64,000 nt of DNA from Azolla caroliniana (lineage: Eukaryota; Plantae; Polypodiophyta). The notes under the pieces were generated by a model. The model was given only the letters and a program-made list of their open reading frames with translations. It was not told the DNA's origin and did no database searches. The DNA is taken from NCBI GenBank assembly GCA_043228905.1, contig JBHGNT010000010.1:13702001-13766000 (forward strand), given 5' to 3'. Shown here in pieces: positions 49,322 to 63,200 of this stretch. The position numbers and the translations under genes were made by a program. Within the stretch, counting starts at the first letter, position 1. Each line of letters starts with the position of its first letter.

Positions 49322-52300
49322 TCATTCTTCCTCCAAGATATCGAGCACACTCTGCTCGATGGTGTCAAGTGGTGCTTCTTCCTCCAATTCCTGTTCCTTG
49401 CCTGCCTGGTCTCCGACCTCCGGTTGGGTTGGCTGTTCCGTAAAAATTTGCTGCTCCAGCTCTGCTTGATTCTGTGGTGCCGGTGCTTCCTCACCGCTTC
49501 GTCCGGGTTCTTCCTGTTCTCCCTCCGTTCCTGGCTCTGTTTTGTTACCAGTGTCGCTTTCTCCGGTCTCAACTGGTCTGCTCGGTACGCCTTCTTCCTC
49601 TGCTCTGGTGTCTTCCGGTCTCAGCTCTCCTTGATTTCCTTCGAACGGAAGTTCTTCTTCGGGTATTCCTTGTCGGGGTTGTTCGGTGTCGGTTGGTTCA
49701 ACTTCAGCCGGTCGCTCTCCCTCACTAATAGTGATTGGCGTCGTTCTTCCCTTGGCTTCCTGTCGTAACTGGTCCTGCTCGTATTTCTCCAACTCCAACT
49801 GAGTTGCGAGCTGCCCGTCATCCAACCTCTCTACCAACCCTCGAATTTCTTTGAGATGTTCTTCCGCTAAAGCGTAGAAATCCTCCGACAATTCTTCCCG
49901 AATGGCGACGATACTTTCTTCATCCATTTTGTAGAACTTGTCACCGGTCTTCCTCCGATTCTCGGCATCCGCTCGGAGTGTCTGCAGCTCGGCTGCCTGT
50001 TGTGACCACTCCTTCCATAGCTTTTCCGTACTTTCGTTGATGCTTGCCTGAGCTCGGGTACTCCAACCTGACATGATGAGCTTGATCCGGTCAACCCCCG
50101 CCTTAGCATGCGCATAAGCTTCTTGCTTTTCCTTCCTTGCCCGTTTTATAATGTTGGCCATTATCTGAGCCTGGGCCTCGTAATCCGCTTTCTGCTTTTC
50201 ATAGGTACTTTGCAGTTTGCTGATCGTGAAGGTCGATCTTTCCTTTTCTTCATTCCTGATCTTAGTCAGATCCAGCTTTTCCCGCCTTAGCGCCTTTAAT
50301 TCCTTCCTTCTCTCCGTCGCTTGGGCTATTTCCGCCGACAATGCTTCCTTTTTGGCACTGACCTCATCCATTGCCTTAGCCAGATCTAATCGGGTCTCTT
50401 TGAGCTGTTCTTTCAGCTTCTCTATTTGCCGGTTGTAGTCTACTGCCCGTTTCTTGTTGTCCGACTCGGCCTGCTTGTGATCTTGGTAGAGACGGTCGAA
50501 GTCCTCCGTCTTCTGCTTCAGGCGTCGGTTTGCCTGAGCTCTTAACCGATCGTCCCGGTCCTTCTGTTGTCAGAGTTCTTCCTACAGTCGTTCTATCTCC
50601 TGCTCGGCATGTCGACGCAGTCGGTCCTTCTCCTTTTGCAGCTTCTCTTTTTCTTCTTGCAGTCGGTCATTAGTGGCTCGGCCTTTCCGGAGGCCTTCTT
50701 CTATTTTCCGTCTGTCGTCCTCCACCACTTTCCGCTGCTCCCTTTCTTTTTCCCTTAATGCCTCCTGAGCTTTTAACTCCTCTCGTAAGGTTTCTATTAT
50801 TTTTTCGGTCTTAGGGCCGGTTTGCAAGGCTACTGGTTCCGATTCCGGTTTTGGTTGCTTCCTTGTTGTCCCGACCGGCTCGGTAACAACTTGTGCTTGT
50901 TGAATTCCTTCCCTTGCCTGCAACAACTCCCCTTGCATTTCCTCGATCTGTGTTCGGAGCGCGATCAACTCCTGAGTTGTTGTATGCGTCAGCTGTTGCC
51001 TACACGTTTCTTCTTCCTCTAACTGGTCCGCTACTCCCGATAACTGCTCCGAAAGCCATCTCAGCCATTGTGGCTTTGTGCTTCCTGTGTCGGGGTGGCC
51101 TTGCTCACTTCTACTCCTTAACTCAGGCTGTTTTTCCGGCCTTTTCTCTGGCTCCGGCGCTTGTTCATCCTTCTTCTCTGGGATGACCGGTTCTCTGACA
51201 TCCGACAAAACCTGTGTCGGTGCTGCTTCCCTCGGTACGGGTTCCGGTACCGCTTCCGCCTCGGCTACTGGAGGTGGTCCTTGCGCCCTCTGCTGAGTTT
51301 TGTCAACTGATGGAGCCGGTCCTTTCGCCTGTCTCTCCCGACCTTGTCTTGCTGGGAGTCTTACCAGTGGTTCGGATGAGTTCTCTGTTTCAGCTTCCTC
51401 CTCCGGTGCGGCTACCAGACAGACCTTTTGTATAAAGACCTCTGGTTCCGGCCGTCGCAACGTTATATTGATTGGTTTGAGCGCTACCGGTTCCTCCTCG
51501 GCCGATTTCCCTTTGCCTTTTCCTGCCGGTTTTGCCTTTGTTGCCGGTTCCTGTTGCTGTCGGGATGGTCCTTCCCCCCGCTGTTCTGCTTCTTGTTGGG
51601 TCCATCCGGGGGTGTGTTTCTCTAGGATCTGTCGGCGCTTTGTGACCTTTTTCGGCGTCGTCTCCTACCGACCTCTTTTCTTTTGTGTGATGGGGAGCAC
51701 CGGTGGGACTAACACCGTTAGCCATTGTGCTATCCCGGCCCATGGCTTTTTTCCTTCCACAAGATTCTTGATGGCCTCCTTCAATCCTTCGGTTATGAAA
51801 TGGAGCCAGTCCACTTGTAATCCTTCATACGCTGCTATTAAGAACGCTGCCCGGTACCTGGCTATGGCCGGGGGACGAGGATTCACGAATCCGTACTCCA
51901 TCATGGCGCGGGCCACTTCTCCGAACAACAGGTTCTCCCCGCCCTGTGTTCAGTACGCCTTGCTGCTGATAGAATACTCACCGAAATATTCGAACAGGAT
52001 TTCACTTGAAGGGTTTTCGATTGTTTGAAGTCCTCCTGCTTTTATCCCCGTGAGCGCCTGCACCGCTCCTTCCGTGATTTCTGATAAATCAATCGATGCT
52101 GCCGCCTGCTCTGGTTCTGCGTGTGGTGGAGCGTCGGCGATCCTCAGCAACCCTTTTAACCCGTTCTCCCTCATCCATTGGCGTGCCTCCTCCGACAGTA
52201 CCATTGTTTCGAATTCTTCTTCTACTATCTGTTGTTCGGGATCGGGCTGTGTGTGCGCTGTGCGTCGGATCGCTCTTCTGTGCTTCTGCGCCTGTGTGTA

Positions 52301-52405
52301 GGAAAATTCGTAAAAAGTAAGTCCTTCGCAGGCCTGTGTCTTATATAGTGGCTTTTGCCTCAAGCCGCCCTCTGTCGTTTCCCGTGCATGTTCATCTCCC
52401 GCCAT
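49322..52405 (-). pseudogene. Extra ORF3 of Gypsy-X2 (fragmented by in-frame stops and a frameshift)
   Basis: Pieces 51950-52405, 51665-51928, 50582-51460, 49322-50371, homologous to X1 ORF3; ends EQSVLDILEEE*. Confidence 0.8.
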
Positions 52406-52611
52406 AATTAGTATGTCCTTCTTGCTTGCCGCGTGTGAGTGCCCACGTTCCCTACTTTAAATAGCAAGTACGCGCACGTCCTTCTTTAATGCATGGCGCC
52501 TCTTCATTGCATGGTGGCGCTCCCACCTCTTGTGATCTCCCCATCACTACTATGATTCGCGTCGATTTTGCCCACGTCTTTTTTTTTTTTTTTTCCTTTG
52601 TTTGGACCACG

Positions 52612-55600
52612 TCATCTTCTGGTCCCCCCCGATTTGTTCGGGTCGGTTCGCGTTGATACCGGATCCTTCTGTCGGTTTTCCGGGATAGTCTTTGTCAGTA
52701 TCGGTGTCGGTTCTTCCTCGGTCCGAATATCTTCAGCAGTGTCTATCGGTGTCGGTTCCTCATCTTGCCAGATTTCCGGGTATTGCTTGAACGGGTTGGC
52801 TGGCATATTTCCCTTATACGGCTTTAGCCGAAACCCATTTGCCCACTTACCGATGACATCTCCAGATAACGTGCCGAGCTGATACGACCCATTGTACTCC
52901 TTGGTGATCCAGAACGGTCCGGTCCACCGAAACCGCAACTTTCCCGGCATGTTCCCCATCCGTGTCTGGAATAGTAGCACCGGTTTCCTAACTTCGAACT
53001 CCTTTTCGTTGCCACGCCGGTGTCGGTCCACGAAAGCTTTTCTCCTCCTTTGCTCCAGTTCGAGTTGTAGTAAGTTGGCTATTCGGTTTTCTTCTAATTC
53101 CAACAACGTCGCCAGCCGGATTCGTTCGGACTCCTTCTCACTTAAGCGCTCCTTTACCTGGATCCGTAAGCTGGGGATCTGGAACTCTACCGGCATGACC
53201 GCTTCTAAACCGAATGCTAGTCGAAACGGGGTTGTCCAGATGCTGGTTTTGTACGTTGTTCGGTACGCCCATAGCGCGCTTTGCAATTTCGTATCCCAGT
53301 CGGTCCGGTTCTCGTTGACGATTTTTCGTAGGATGTTCTGCAGAGTTTTGTTCGTTGATTCCGCTAGTCCATTGGCTTGAGGGTAGTAGGGAGTACTCCT
53401 TTTATGTACCACCGCGTAAAATGACGTCAGGCTTTCTACTACCTGCCCGAGAAAATGTCCTCCTTGGTCACTTATAAGCTCGATCGGGCATCCATACCGG
53501 CACCATATGCACTCGTATAGGAACTTTGCCGTGGACGCGGCCGTGTTGTCCCGTAAGGCCTTTGCTTCTACCCATTTGGTGCAATAGTCGGTCACCACTA
53601 TGACATACCGATTTCCGGTTCGCATTGCCGGTGCCTTGAAGGGACCGACAAAGTCCAAACCCCACTTTTGAAACGGTTCCAATGGCAAGACCGGGTGGTG
53701 TGGCATCCGGGCCTGCTCCGTGGGTTGGCCCAGTTGTTGACACAAATCGCATTCTCTGCTATACTTCACGGCATCTTTTAGGGTGGTGGGCCACCACAGT
53801 CCGCTCTGCCATATTTTCCAAGCGGTTGCGTCGCTGGCATAATGCCCGCCGACAATTCCACAGTGGGCTTCCCTGAGGATTAAATCCTTCTCATCGCTCT
53901 GCACTGCTCGTCTCCAGATGCCATCTGCCCCCTTGTGATAGAGGGTGTCTCCAACCAAGCAGAAATGTCTGCTTCTTACTGCTACCCTTTTCCTTTCATC
54001 GCGGTCCATGTTCTCCGGGGGTACTCCGGTGCTCAGGAAATTGATGCATCTCAGTTAGCCATGTGTCTTCATCGGCTACCGTTGCATCCGTTGCCGGTTT
54101 CGTCGTGATCTGGAACAACTCGGCGTCGGGGAACTCATCCTGGACGCCGTCCCCTGATTCTCCGGATTCGAGTCTGCTTAGGTAGTCCACTACCGCATGC
54201 TGCGCCCCGGGTCGGTGGAAAATGTCGAATTCAAATTCCTGTAAGAGCAGTGTCCATCGTGCAATTTTTCCCGTCAAGGATGCCTTCGAGACCAGGTAGA
54301 GTAGTGCCGAATGGTCGACATGGAAGGAAAACTTCCTTCCGAGCAGATAGTGCCTGTACTTTGTGACACTATACACCATTCCCAATGCCTCGCGTTCCGT
54401 CGTAGAGTAATTCCGTTCGGCTTTTGAGAGTTTCCGGCTTGCGTAGTACACCGGTCGGTACCATTTCGGCTCCGTGAGTTGCATCAGAACGCTGCCGATT
54501 GCTACGTCCGACGCGTCGACGAAGACGTGAAAGCTTTTACTCCAATCCGGCGGTTGCACCACCGGAGCTTGCGACAGCATAACCTTCAACGCTTGGTAGG
54601 CCTCCTCCTCCGTCTCCGCCCATAGGAAGGGTACCCTGTGTACGGCGGTATGTAATGGTGTAGCGAAGTCTGTGAGGTGCCGTATCATCCGGCTATGCCA
54701 CCTTATTTGGCCCAGGAACCGGCTTAGAGCCTTTGCGTTATTTGGTGCTGGTGCCTCGAGAATCGCCTTGACTTTATCCGGATCTACCGCGATTCCTTCC
54801 TTACTCACCACGTGCCCTAGTAAGTTGTCGCTTGCCACTCCAAATACGCACTTGGCCGGGTTCAGACTCAATCGGTACTCGCGGCACTTCTCCAAGCACA
54901 ACAGGAGGTGATCGAGATGCTCTCCGTGCCGGCTGTAGACCGCGAAATCGTCAAGGAAGACCTGCATAAAACCGGGGATATAATCCCCGAAAATTTCCAT
55001 TATTATCCTTTGAAAGGTCGCTGGAGCCGTCTTTAGTCCGAACATCATCACGACCGCGACGAACACTCCCCATTCCGTAACGAACGCTGTCTTCTCTTGG
55101 TCGGCCGGGTTCATTCGTATTTGGTTGTAGCCGCTAAATCCATCCAGGAAGCTGTAAACTTCGTGGCCGGCTACCGCATCTAACACCCCGTCCGTAAATG
55201 GTAGTGGAAACGCATCGGTCACTGTTGCGGCATTTAGTTTTCGGTAGTCCACGCATACCCGGATTTTGCCGTTCTTTTTCGGGACCACCACTATCGGACT
55301 CAGCCAGGTTGCCTGCTTGACCGGTCGGATAAATCCGACCCGGAGGAGCTTATCAATTTCCTCCTTCACCTTCGCCGCATAATTCGGATTCATCCGGTAC
55401 CTGCGTTGAGCGATCGGTTTCGCGTCCGTACTTAGGTGAATTTGGTGCTGATAGAGCTGGGGGTCCAGCCCTCGCATGTCTTCGTATGACCACGCGAACA
55501 CATCCTTGAAGTCTGTTAATAATGCTACCATTGCCTTCTTTTCTTCCTTCGGCAATTCCTTTGCGACATTTACCGGTCGTGACTTGTCTGTTGTGCCGAG

Positions 55601-58180
55601 GTCCACCTCCTCTAGTTGGGATGCTTTTACCCTTTGGGATATCGTCATTTCCATTTCTAGGGATTCCTGCGCTTGTCGCAGTTCCTGGATTGCCGCTTGG
55701 TCCGGTTCATCCGGCGTCGTAATGTACGGTTCTACTGCCGCCGTGATATCCACCTCAAATAGTGGGATGATTCGTGGGTGTTCCTCGAGGTACCGCTCGA
55801 CTTCCTCGTCCGGTAATCCCTCCAACATGTTGATGCTTTCCGCATACAATGGAGTTGCTTCCTTACTGGCGATCACCCGTGGTTGCGTCGTTACTCGTAC
55901 CTTTGTTTTCCCTCGCCGGAATGTGATCATGTTCTTTTGCCAGTTTTGCTTGATATGCACCGTTCGCAGCCATGGTCGTCCTAGCAGTAGGGGGTACGCG
56001 CCTTGTACATTCAGCTGCAGCACCACGGCCGATATTTGGAATATGTGGCCTCCGATCGTTACTTCCAAATTCCGGATAAGTCCGGTCGGTCGGACTGAGC
56101 TGGTATCCGCCATGCGTAACCAAAAGGGGCATGGTTCCCATTCCTGGATGCCCAGGTTATCGCATGTTTGTCGGCTAATGACATGTTTGTCGGCTGATGG
56201 CATATTTTGGTCTCTTACTTCTACCGCATTCTGTTCATTGGCCTCCTTGATCCATTGCGCCGCTTGTTTTCTGATTGCCTCCTGGGCTTCCCACTCGGCG
56301 GTCTTTCCCTTTGACCGGGTTGTGACCTGCTGTACTTCTGTTATTTCGGCTGTAACCATGTTGACTGCCGGCTGCTTGTCATTGGTTTTGCTTGGGCATT
56401 GGTTACTATAATGGCCTTCCTTACGGCAGTAATAACAGTACACCTTGTGACTGTTGCTTGTTTCTCCTTTTTCCCCGGTTTGGAGGGTGGGTATGCTTCG
56501 GCGGTCGTCTTCGGTTTTTCGGTTATCCGGTACCGATACCGGGTTGTCATTCCTCGCTGCCTCCCGACGTTCCTCTCTTCGGAAAAATCCACGCTTCTGA
56601 TTCCGTCTGAAATTTCGGTTCCCTTGTCGCCTCTCTTCTCTGCGTCGTTCGTATTCCGGGGATTCTTCTCGGTCGTACCGGTCCCGGGGGTAGCTATCTC
56701 TGCATTTCTCCTCTGGGTCATAGTTATCGCGTCTTCTATCAGCGTATCTGTTACCGCGTTTGCGTTGGTAGCGATCGTCTCTCCGGAATCGATCCTCATC
56801 CGGGTTCTGATTGCGCGGTTCTATGTGTCGAACCGGCCGATTTAACAGGTTATATTCGCATCGGTCCGTTGTATGGGCTCGAGAGTTGCAGATCATACAT
56901 TGTGTCCGGAGGGTGCAGTCTACTGTTGAGTGGCCCGAATTTAGGCATGTTGTGCATTGTAAGGCCTGTTGGAACCTCAAGTCTTCCTCCTTTGGGAGTG
57001 CCCGGTGTAACATCCCCATCGACAAGAAGGGGCTAGTCTTGTCCATTTCTAAAACCCGATCAATAACTTGGTCCATTGTGCTGGTGTGGAAATCAAGGAC
57101 TCCGCACATTGTTCGAAGTGGCTCTTTCAGCGCGGCCAAAAAGACTGCTTTGGCTTCGTCTTCGGGTGGTGCTCTCGTCAGTTGGCTGTGCAGGGTCTGA
57201 AACCGAATGATGAATTGTGGCACAATCTCGTTCTCTTCCTGCCGGGTGGTGTAGAACTGCCCGACCAATTCCCTTTGCTCAACTTGTCTGTGAAAGAGCC
57301 TGAGGAATCTGGCCTTCAAGGCATCGAATGTGGCAAAGCTGCCCGGTAAGTGCTTTGCGTGCCACCGGGCCGCCGGTCCTTCTAAGGTTATGCCGAATTC
57401 GGCGACTTTGGATCGTTCGGCTTCGGGCTCCGTCAGTCTTTGGGAGACATGGTTCGCTTCCCATGTTTGGAGGAATGCGTACACGTGTGCCTCCGCGTCG
57501 GGCTCATCCCGGTACTTTGGGTATGGGTACGGCATCGTGTCGTCCGACTGACTCTCCTGCTTCCTCCGCTCTCTGTCCGTTGTTGGTGTTGGTGTGAGAA
57601 CCTTTGGTTCCTCCGCGGGTGTTGCCGGTGTCCGGTCCTTTGGTTCCTCCGCGGGTGTTGTCGGTATCCGGTCCTTTGGGTCCTCCGCGGGTGTTGTCGG
57701 TATCCGCTCCTTCGGTTCCTTCGCGGGTGTTGTCGGTATCCCGTCAGCCTCCCTCGGCGATTGTCGGTCACCGAACTCCAAGGTTATTTCTTCCTCTGGC
57801 TCCGGTGTTACTGAGTCTTCCGACCCCTCTTCCCCCCGGTCGTTTGGTGTGTCGTGGCGGTTTTTATACCAGGACGCAACGCTTCCGTCGCTTTCCGACT
57901 CCGCCTCAAGTGTTGCGAATGCTTCCGAGTCCCCGTCGCCCCCGGCGAGCGTCTGTAGTATCGTTTCCGCCTCTTGCAGGCTTGTTATGCTACTGCCTTC
58001 GTCAGGGATTTGCAGAACCCGGAATTGCAGTGCTTCTTCTGCGACTCTCCGAAGAGTTTTGGAGAATGACCGATCCCGCCGGATCTCGTCGACGGCTTGC
58101 TGCAGGGCTTCCCGTCGTTGCTCGCGTTCGGTGTATCGTCTCCCTTGTTCGGTGATGTGGTCGTCGTTTGGTCTAGACAT
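52612..58180 (-). pseudogene. pol: Gypsy-X2 single-frame gag-pol (1-nt frameshift ~54040; protease active site deleted)
   Basis: ORFs 53996-58264 and 52612-54009; FLDGFSGYNQI, FLDDF, VDASD, WGLDFVGPF; 36-bp PTTPAEEPKDR repeats at 57595-57740. Confidence 0.92.
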
Positions 58181-58745
58181 CCATCCCCCGGTTGTCCTCT
58201 GCACTTTGCAGGAATCGTGGTCGCCAAAATAGTGTTGTCTGCCTGGCCGGACTAGCCCCAACACAGGTGTCTATCCGACACTTCTCCAAAGGGGTGGTAA
58301 GGATTGGATGCTAGGTTACACGCGTAAGATGATTACAATTAAGCACAGACGGTAAACAATACGAAGATACAGATAAACACGCAATAATTACTTTTGTATT
58401 ACTTCCGTCAAACCCTTTACAAATCATCGGATCCTTTTATAGGCATCCGGCAAGGTTACAATCGGTGCGCTTAGGCAACCGACATCCGAATCGGTCCGGA
58501 TCCGGATCGGTACAACTGTACCGGATCCGTCCCTCCGAATAATAATTCTACTATTATTTACTTCCTATTATCCGATCCGACTCCGCCTTCCCACTTGTCC
58601 TTGCTCTTCTGACCGGCCAACAGCTGGACAACGGGTCGGCTTACGCGAGGGTCAAGAGTCAGGACGGGTGTCATTCGGTCCAATTCCTGACGATGCGACC
58701 GAACCACGAGCGAAACCGCGAGTCCCTCGGTGGCAAGAACCTAGA

Positions 58746-58811
58746 GGATTTTTAGAGAGGGCTGTCAAGGCGTGGGGCCGCGACAGTCCGGACACTCCGG
58801 GAGAACCCCAC
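58746..58811 (+). promoter_or_regulatory. -1 frameshift signal plus pseudoknot at the PR/RT boundary of Y2
   Basis: GGATTTT 58746-52, TAG, stem1 GGGCTGTC/GACAGTCC, stem2 GTGGGG/CCCCAC. Confidence 0.8.
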
Positions 58812-59306
58812 AAATGTACGATAGAGGCAAAACCGAAGAAACCTTGTACCATAAGTAGGAAGTTTTGTTTCTCCGACAACGGAGGGTGTACGATAGTCGG
58901 CATCGTAGGCCGAGAAAAGACAAGGGCGGAAGAGCGACTTCGGGCGTGCGGAGTTCTCGGGCCCAGCGAGGAAATCAACGGAGCCGTGGAGGCGGTCTCC
59001 TTCGACGATACCTTGGGAATACTGCGAGAGGTGGTCGGAGAGGGCCTCAAAGAAGACCGGACGATACCGGTTTGTTCAGAAGAAATGTACGAAGTCATCG
59101 CGGACTTCAGTCAAGGGCTCGAGTCGGATCGGACGGCATGGGTTAACACGAAGTACAAGACTATGGACCGGAAGGTAAGGCCAGTTGTGACACCCTTACC
59201 GGAGGGCAGCGAGATGCGAATCAAGGGGGTCGCGTTGGACCCCAGTTTACGTGATCCAGCCTGCATAGGACACACCTTCACCGATAGAACGCTACGGGAG
59301 CTCAAA

Positions 59307-60283
59307 ATCGGTGGGGGCGGGTTCCTACTGCCGGCGGAAGAAGACCGGTTTTGGAGAATGCTCGGAAGGCACGGGAAAGCTTTCGCATTCTCACCGGAAG
59401 AAATCGGGTGCGTAGACCCGACAGTCGTAAAGCCAATGGTGATATTCATGGTACCACATGTGCCGTGGAATCTCAAACCAATTCCTGTACCGAGAGCTCA
59501 CATCCCGGAGCTGATGGAGCTGTTGAGGCAGAAAATCGATCTGGGCATCCTCGAACCGTCGAGTGCCCCGTACTCAAACCGGTGGTTTACAGTACCGAAG
59601 ATGAACGAGACGTTGCGCTTCATTCAAGACCTGCAACCGGTCAACAGAGTGACCATTCGGAATGCAGGAATCGGACCAACGATAGACGAGTTCGCAGAGG
59701 CCTTCGCCGGAAGGTCGATCTACTCGGTCGGAGATCTGTACTCAGGGTTCCTACTGCCGGCGGAAGAAGACCGGTTTCGGAGAATGCTCGGAAGGCACGG
59801 GAAAGCTTTCGCATTCTCACCGGAAGAAATCGGGTGCGTAGATCGGTGGGGGCGGGTTCCTACTGCCGGCGGAAGAAGACCGGTTTCGGAGAATGCTCGG
59901 AAGGCACGGGAAAGCTTTCGCATTCTCACCGGAAGAAATCGGGTGCGTAGACCTGACAGTCGTAAAGCCAATGGTGATATTCACGGTACCACATGTGCCG
60001 TGGAATCTCAAACCAATTCCTGTACCGAGAGCTCACATCCCGGAGCTGATGGAGCTGTTGAGGCAGAAAATCGATATGGGCATCCTCGAACCGTCGAGTG
60101 CCCCGTACTCAAACCGGTGGTTTACAGTACCGAAGATGAACGAGACGTTGCGCTTCATTCAAGACCTGCAACCGGTCAACAGAGTGACCATTCGGAATGC
60201 AGGAATCGGACCAACAATAGACGAGTTCGCAGAGGCCTTCGCCGGAAGGTCGATCTACTCGGTCGGAGATCTGTACTCAGGGT
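59307..60283 (+). repeat. Complex tandem duplication within Y2 RT
   Basis: 59307-59748 repeated at 59842-60283, with a partial copy 59745-59842 between them. Confidence 0.9.
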
Positions 60284-63200
60284 ACGATCAGTTCCAACTA
60301 GCCGTAGAGAGCAGAGACATTACGACGATGCGGACTCCTCTCGGCCTAGTGCGGATGTGTACCCTGCCACATGGTGAATGCGATGAACAAGGTGCTGAGG
60401 GATTGTATCCCGGACATCACCATGCCATTCTTGGACGACATCCCGATCAAGGGATGTCCGGTGGAAGAAAAGGACGAAACGATCGGACCGGACGGATCCC
60501 GGAAATTCGTGGCGACACACATTGACGACTGCGAGAGGGTGCTGCAGAGGCTAGAGGACGCGAGGCTCACCTTCTCCGGGGAAAAATCGGCCTTCGGGCA
60601 ATCAGAGATCATGGTCGTTGGACATCTATGCGGACCGTATGGCCGGAAACCGTCTCCGGCAAAGGTGGAAGCCATCTCCGCAATGAAGCCCAACTGTAAC
60701 TCGGTCACGGAGGTACGGAGGTTTTTGGGAGCATGCGCGTTCTACCACCTATGGATCCCGCATTACGCCCACATTGCCGAGCCGCTATACGGGTTACTGA
60801 AAAAGGGGCGAAAATTCGAGTGGTGAGACGAGCATGCGGAGTTGGTCCGAAAGATGAAGGAGGCTCTTTCTGCAGCACCGACACTCCGGAAGGCTGTCTA
60901 CGAGAAAGGCACTCCCATCTACATAACGGTAGATACGAGTCCGACCGGGATCGGATGGGTCGTCAACCAAGAAGATGAGGACGACATTCGGTTCCCAATC
61001 CGGTTCGGCGTGAAGGTCCTCAGCGAGCGACAGCGAGGATACGCCCAGGTTAAACGCGAACTCTGGGGTATCGTTTCGGCGGTAAAGGCCGATAAAGACT
61101 ATCTGATCGGGACAGAAGTGATTATCGAGATGGACTGCCTGCCAATTCTCGGCATGGTTTCCGGATGCGCAACCCCGGACCTGGCGATGCTCAGGTGGAT
61201 AGCGTACATCAAGTCCCTGGATCCGGAAATACGACACATTTCCGGGAAAGACAATGCCATGGCCGACATGCTTTCGAGGGCGCGATTCAACGACGAGGGC
61301 GGCATGGTTTCGGAGGACGAGGAAGTCGGCATAAACTTCTTCGAGACGGCTTACGTAACAACTAAGGGAGGGAGCACTCCGGTGCTTAATGATTTCGACG
61401 AGAGCAAGTACAACGGGGAGTGGCTGCAGATTGGAGGTTTCTTAAGGACAATGACGCCGGACGTGTCATGGACAAAGAATGAGGCCAACCAGGTCCGGAA
61501 GAAAGCATACCGATTCTTTCTCCGGGACGGATACTTATGGAAGAACCCGAAGAAGAGAAACGGCATCTTGCTCCGAGTAGTGGCGATGAAGGAGGAACAG
61601 GAGGAGTTGCTGAAGGCCTACCACGACAGCCCCTGGGCTGGACACCGTGGGACGTGGGCCACGTTCGAGAAGCTAAAGGGGAAGTACTGGTGGCCGGGAC
61701 TGTACCGGGACGTGCATCGGTTCGTGAAAACTTGTGAGAGCTGTCAGATGCACTCCATAGTCCGACATCGGGACGAGCTTCACCCTACTTACCCTCCGGC
61801 CATCCACTTCAAATGGATGGTAGATTTGGTGACGATGTCGATGGGCATAGGGCAGATTCGATATCTGGTGCTGGCCCAGGAGGACCTGACGAACTAGGTG
61901 GAAGGCCGAGCCCTACAGAACAAAACGACCGCGGCCGTGTGTCGGTTCCTGATCGAGGACGTGATATGCCGGTACGGGTGCGTCGGGAAGATCATGGCTG
62001 ACCGCGGGGAGTTGGACGCCGAAGAGGCCGAGGAGCTGTTCGACCGGTTAGGGGTCAAGCTCTCGCTCACCACAGCGTACAATCCGGAGGCGAACGGGAA
62101 GGTGGAGCGCGGACACGGACCGATCGTTAAAGCGCTAGTCCATGCATGCGGAGGCCAGGTCAGGAACTAGCCACAGCTGTTACCTTATGCCTTGTGGGCG
62201 GACAGGACAACACACAGTTCGGTAATAGGGTTCATGCCGTCAGAGCTCATGTTCGGACAGAAGCCGATCATGCCGATGGAACGTACGATCTCCTCTTGGG
62301 CGACAGTGGACTGGAGAGACGAGATGAGCCGGGAAGAACTGCTAGCGGCGCGTATACGGCAGCTCGAGCGGAGGCCAGAGGACGTGGAACAAGCGGCGGA
62401 GAGGATGAAGAACAAAGCCCGGTTCGATCGAACGCACCGGCTCCGACCTAAGAAAATCGAGGAAGGCGACTGGGTGCTAGTCTACGACAGCAGCCTCGAC
62501 AACCAGCACCGAGCAACACGGAAGTTTGCGAAGCGGTGGTTCGGGCCTTACGTAGTAACGAGCGCCAACGACAACGGGACGTATCACCTGGCGGAACTCG
62601 ACGGTACGAGGTTGGCGATGCCGGTAGCAGGGAAGCGGATCAAAGACGACGACGAACCGGATCTAAGAGGCCTGGACAACGAAGACGAACAATCCGAAAC
62701 GGAGGACAAACCGATGGACGAAGAAACGGAACCCGGGCCGGTTTCTTCAACCAGAACCCAATTTTGGCGCATACCGGTGGATGCACGGTTAGGTGGGGGC
62801 GGATGTCGTGAAGAAAACCGTCCCTTGGTGCAATCGGTGCATAGCGCTCGTGAACCGGCTCTTCACGTGTGCGCACCCTTAATGTAAATAATAGGGAATT
62901 AAGTACAAAGGCATATCCGAGAAGTTAGATTCGGTGGGTGGGGAGTAAATGAGGGAGACGACTCCCTTCTTGAAGCTATAAAGGAGAGGGAGACGCAGGG
63001 GAGAAAGCATCACGCATTAAGGCGGACGAAGTGCTGTCAGACCGTAACCGAACGCTTCTCCTCTGTTCGTTCTCGATCGCTCTTCTCTACAGGGTTTCGA
63101 GAGGCTCGAGCTGCTTCGAGGAACGCCCGTGTGCTTCCGGCAGCACCTCCACCCTTTTCTCCCTTTCGTGCGCAGACAAACAGTCATCGACATCTGTTCG

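Larger units (their letters stand above)
48857..58622 (-). mobile_element. Gypsy-X2: full-length family-X element inserted in the Y2 protease
   Basis: LTRs 48857-49271 and 58233-58622 (25-bp tandem indel, ~7 substitutions); TSD GCTGG; PBS TGGCGACCAC 58226-58217; no PPT. Confidence 0.95.

Noticed and set aside
52579-52600. A-rich purine run as the missing PPT of X2
   Set aside because: About 3.3 kb from the 3' LTR, so it cannot define the LTR end, and it is interrupted by T in X1.
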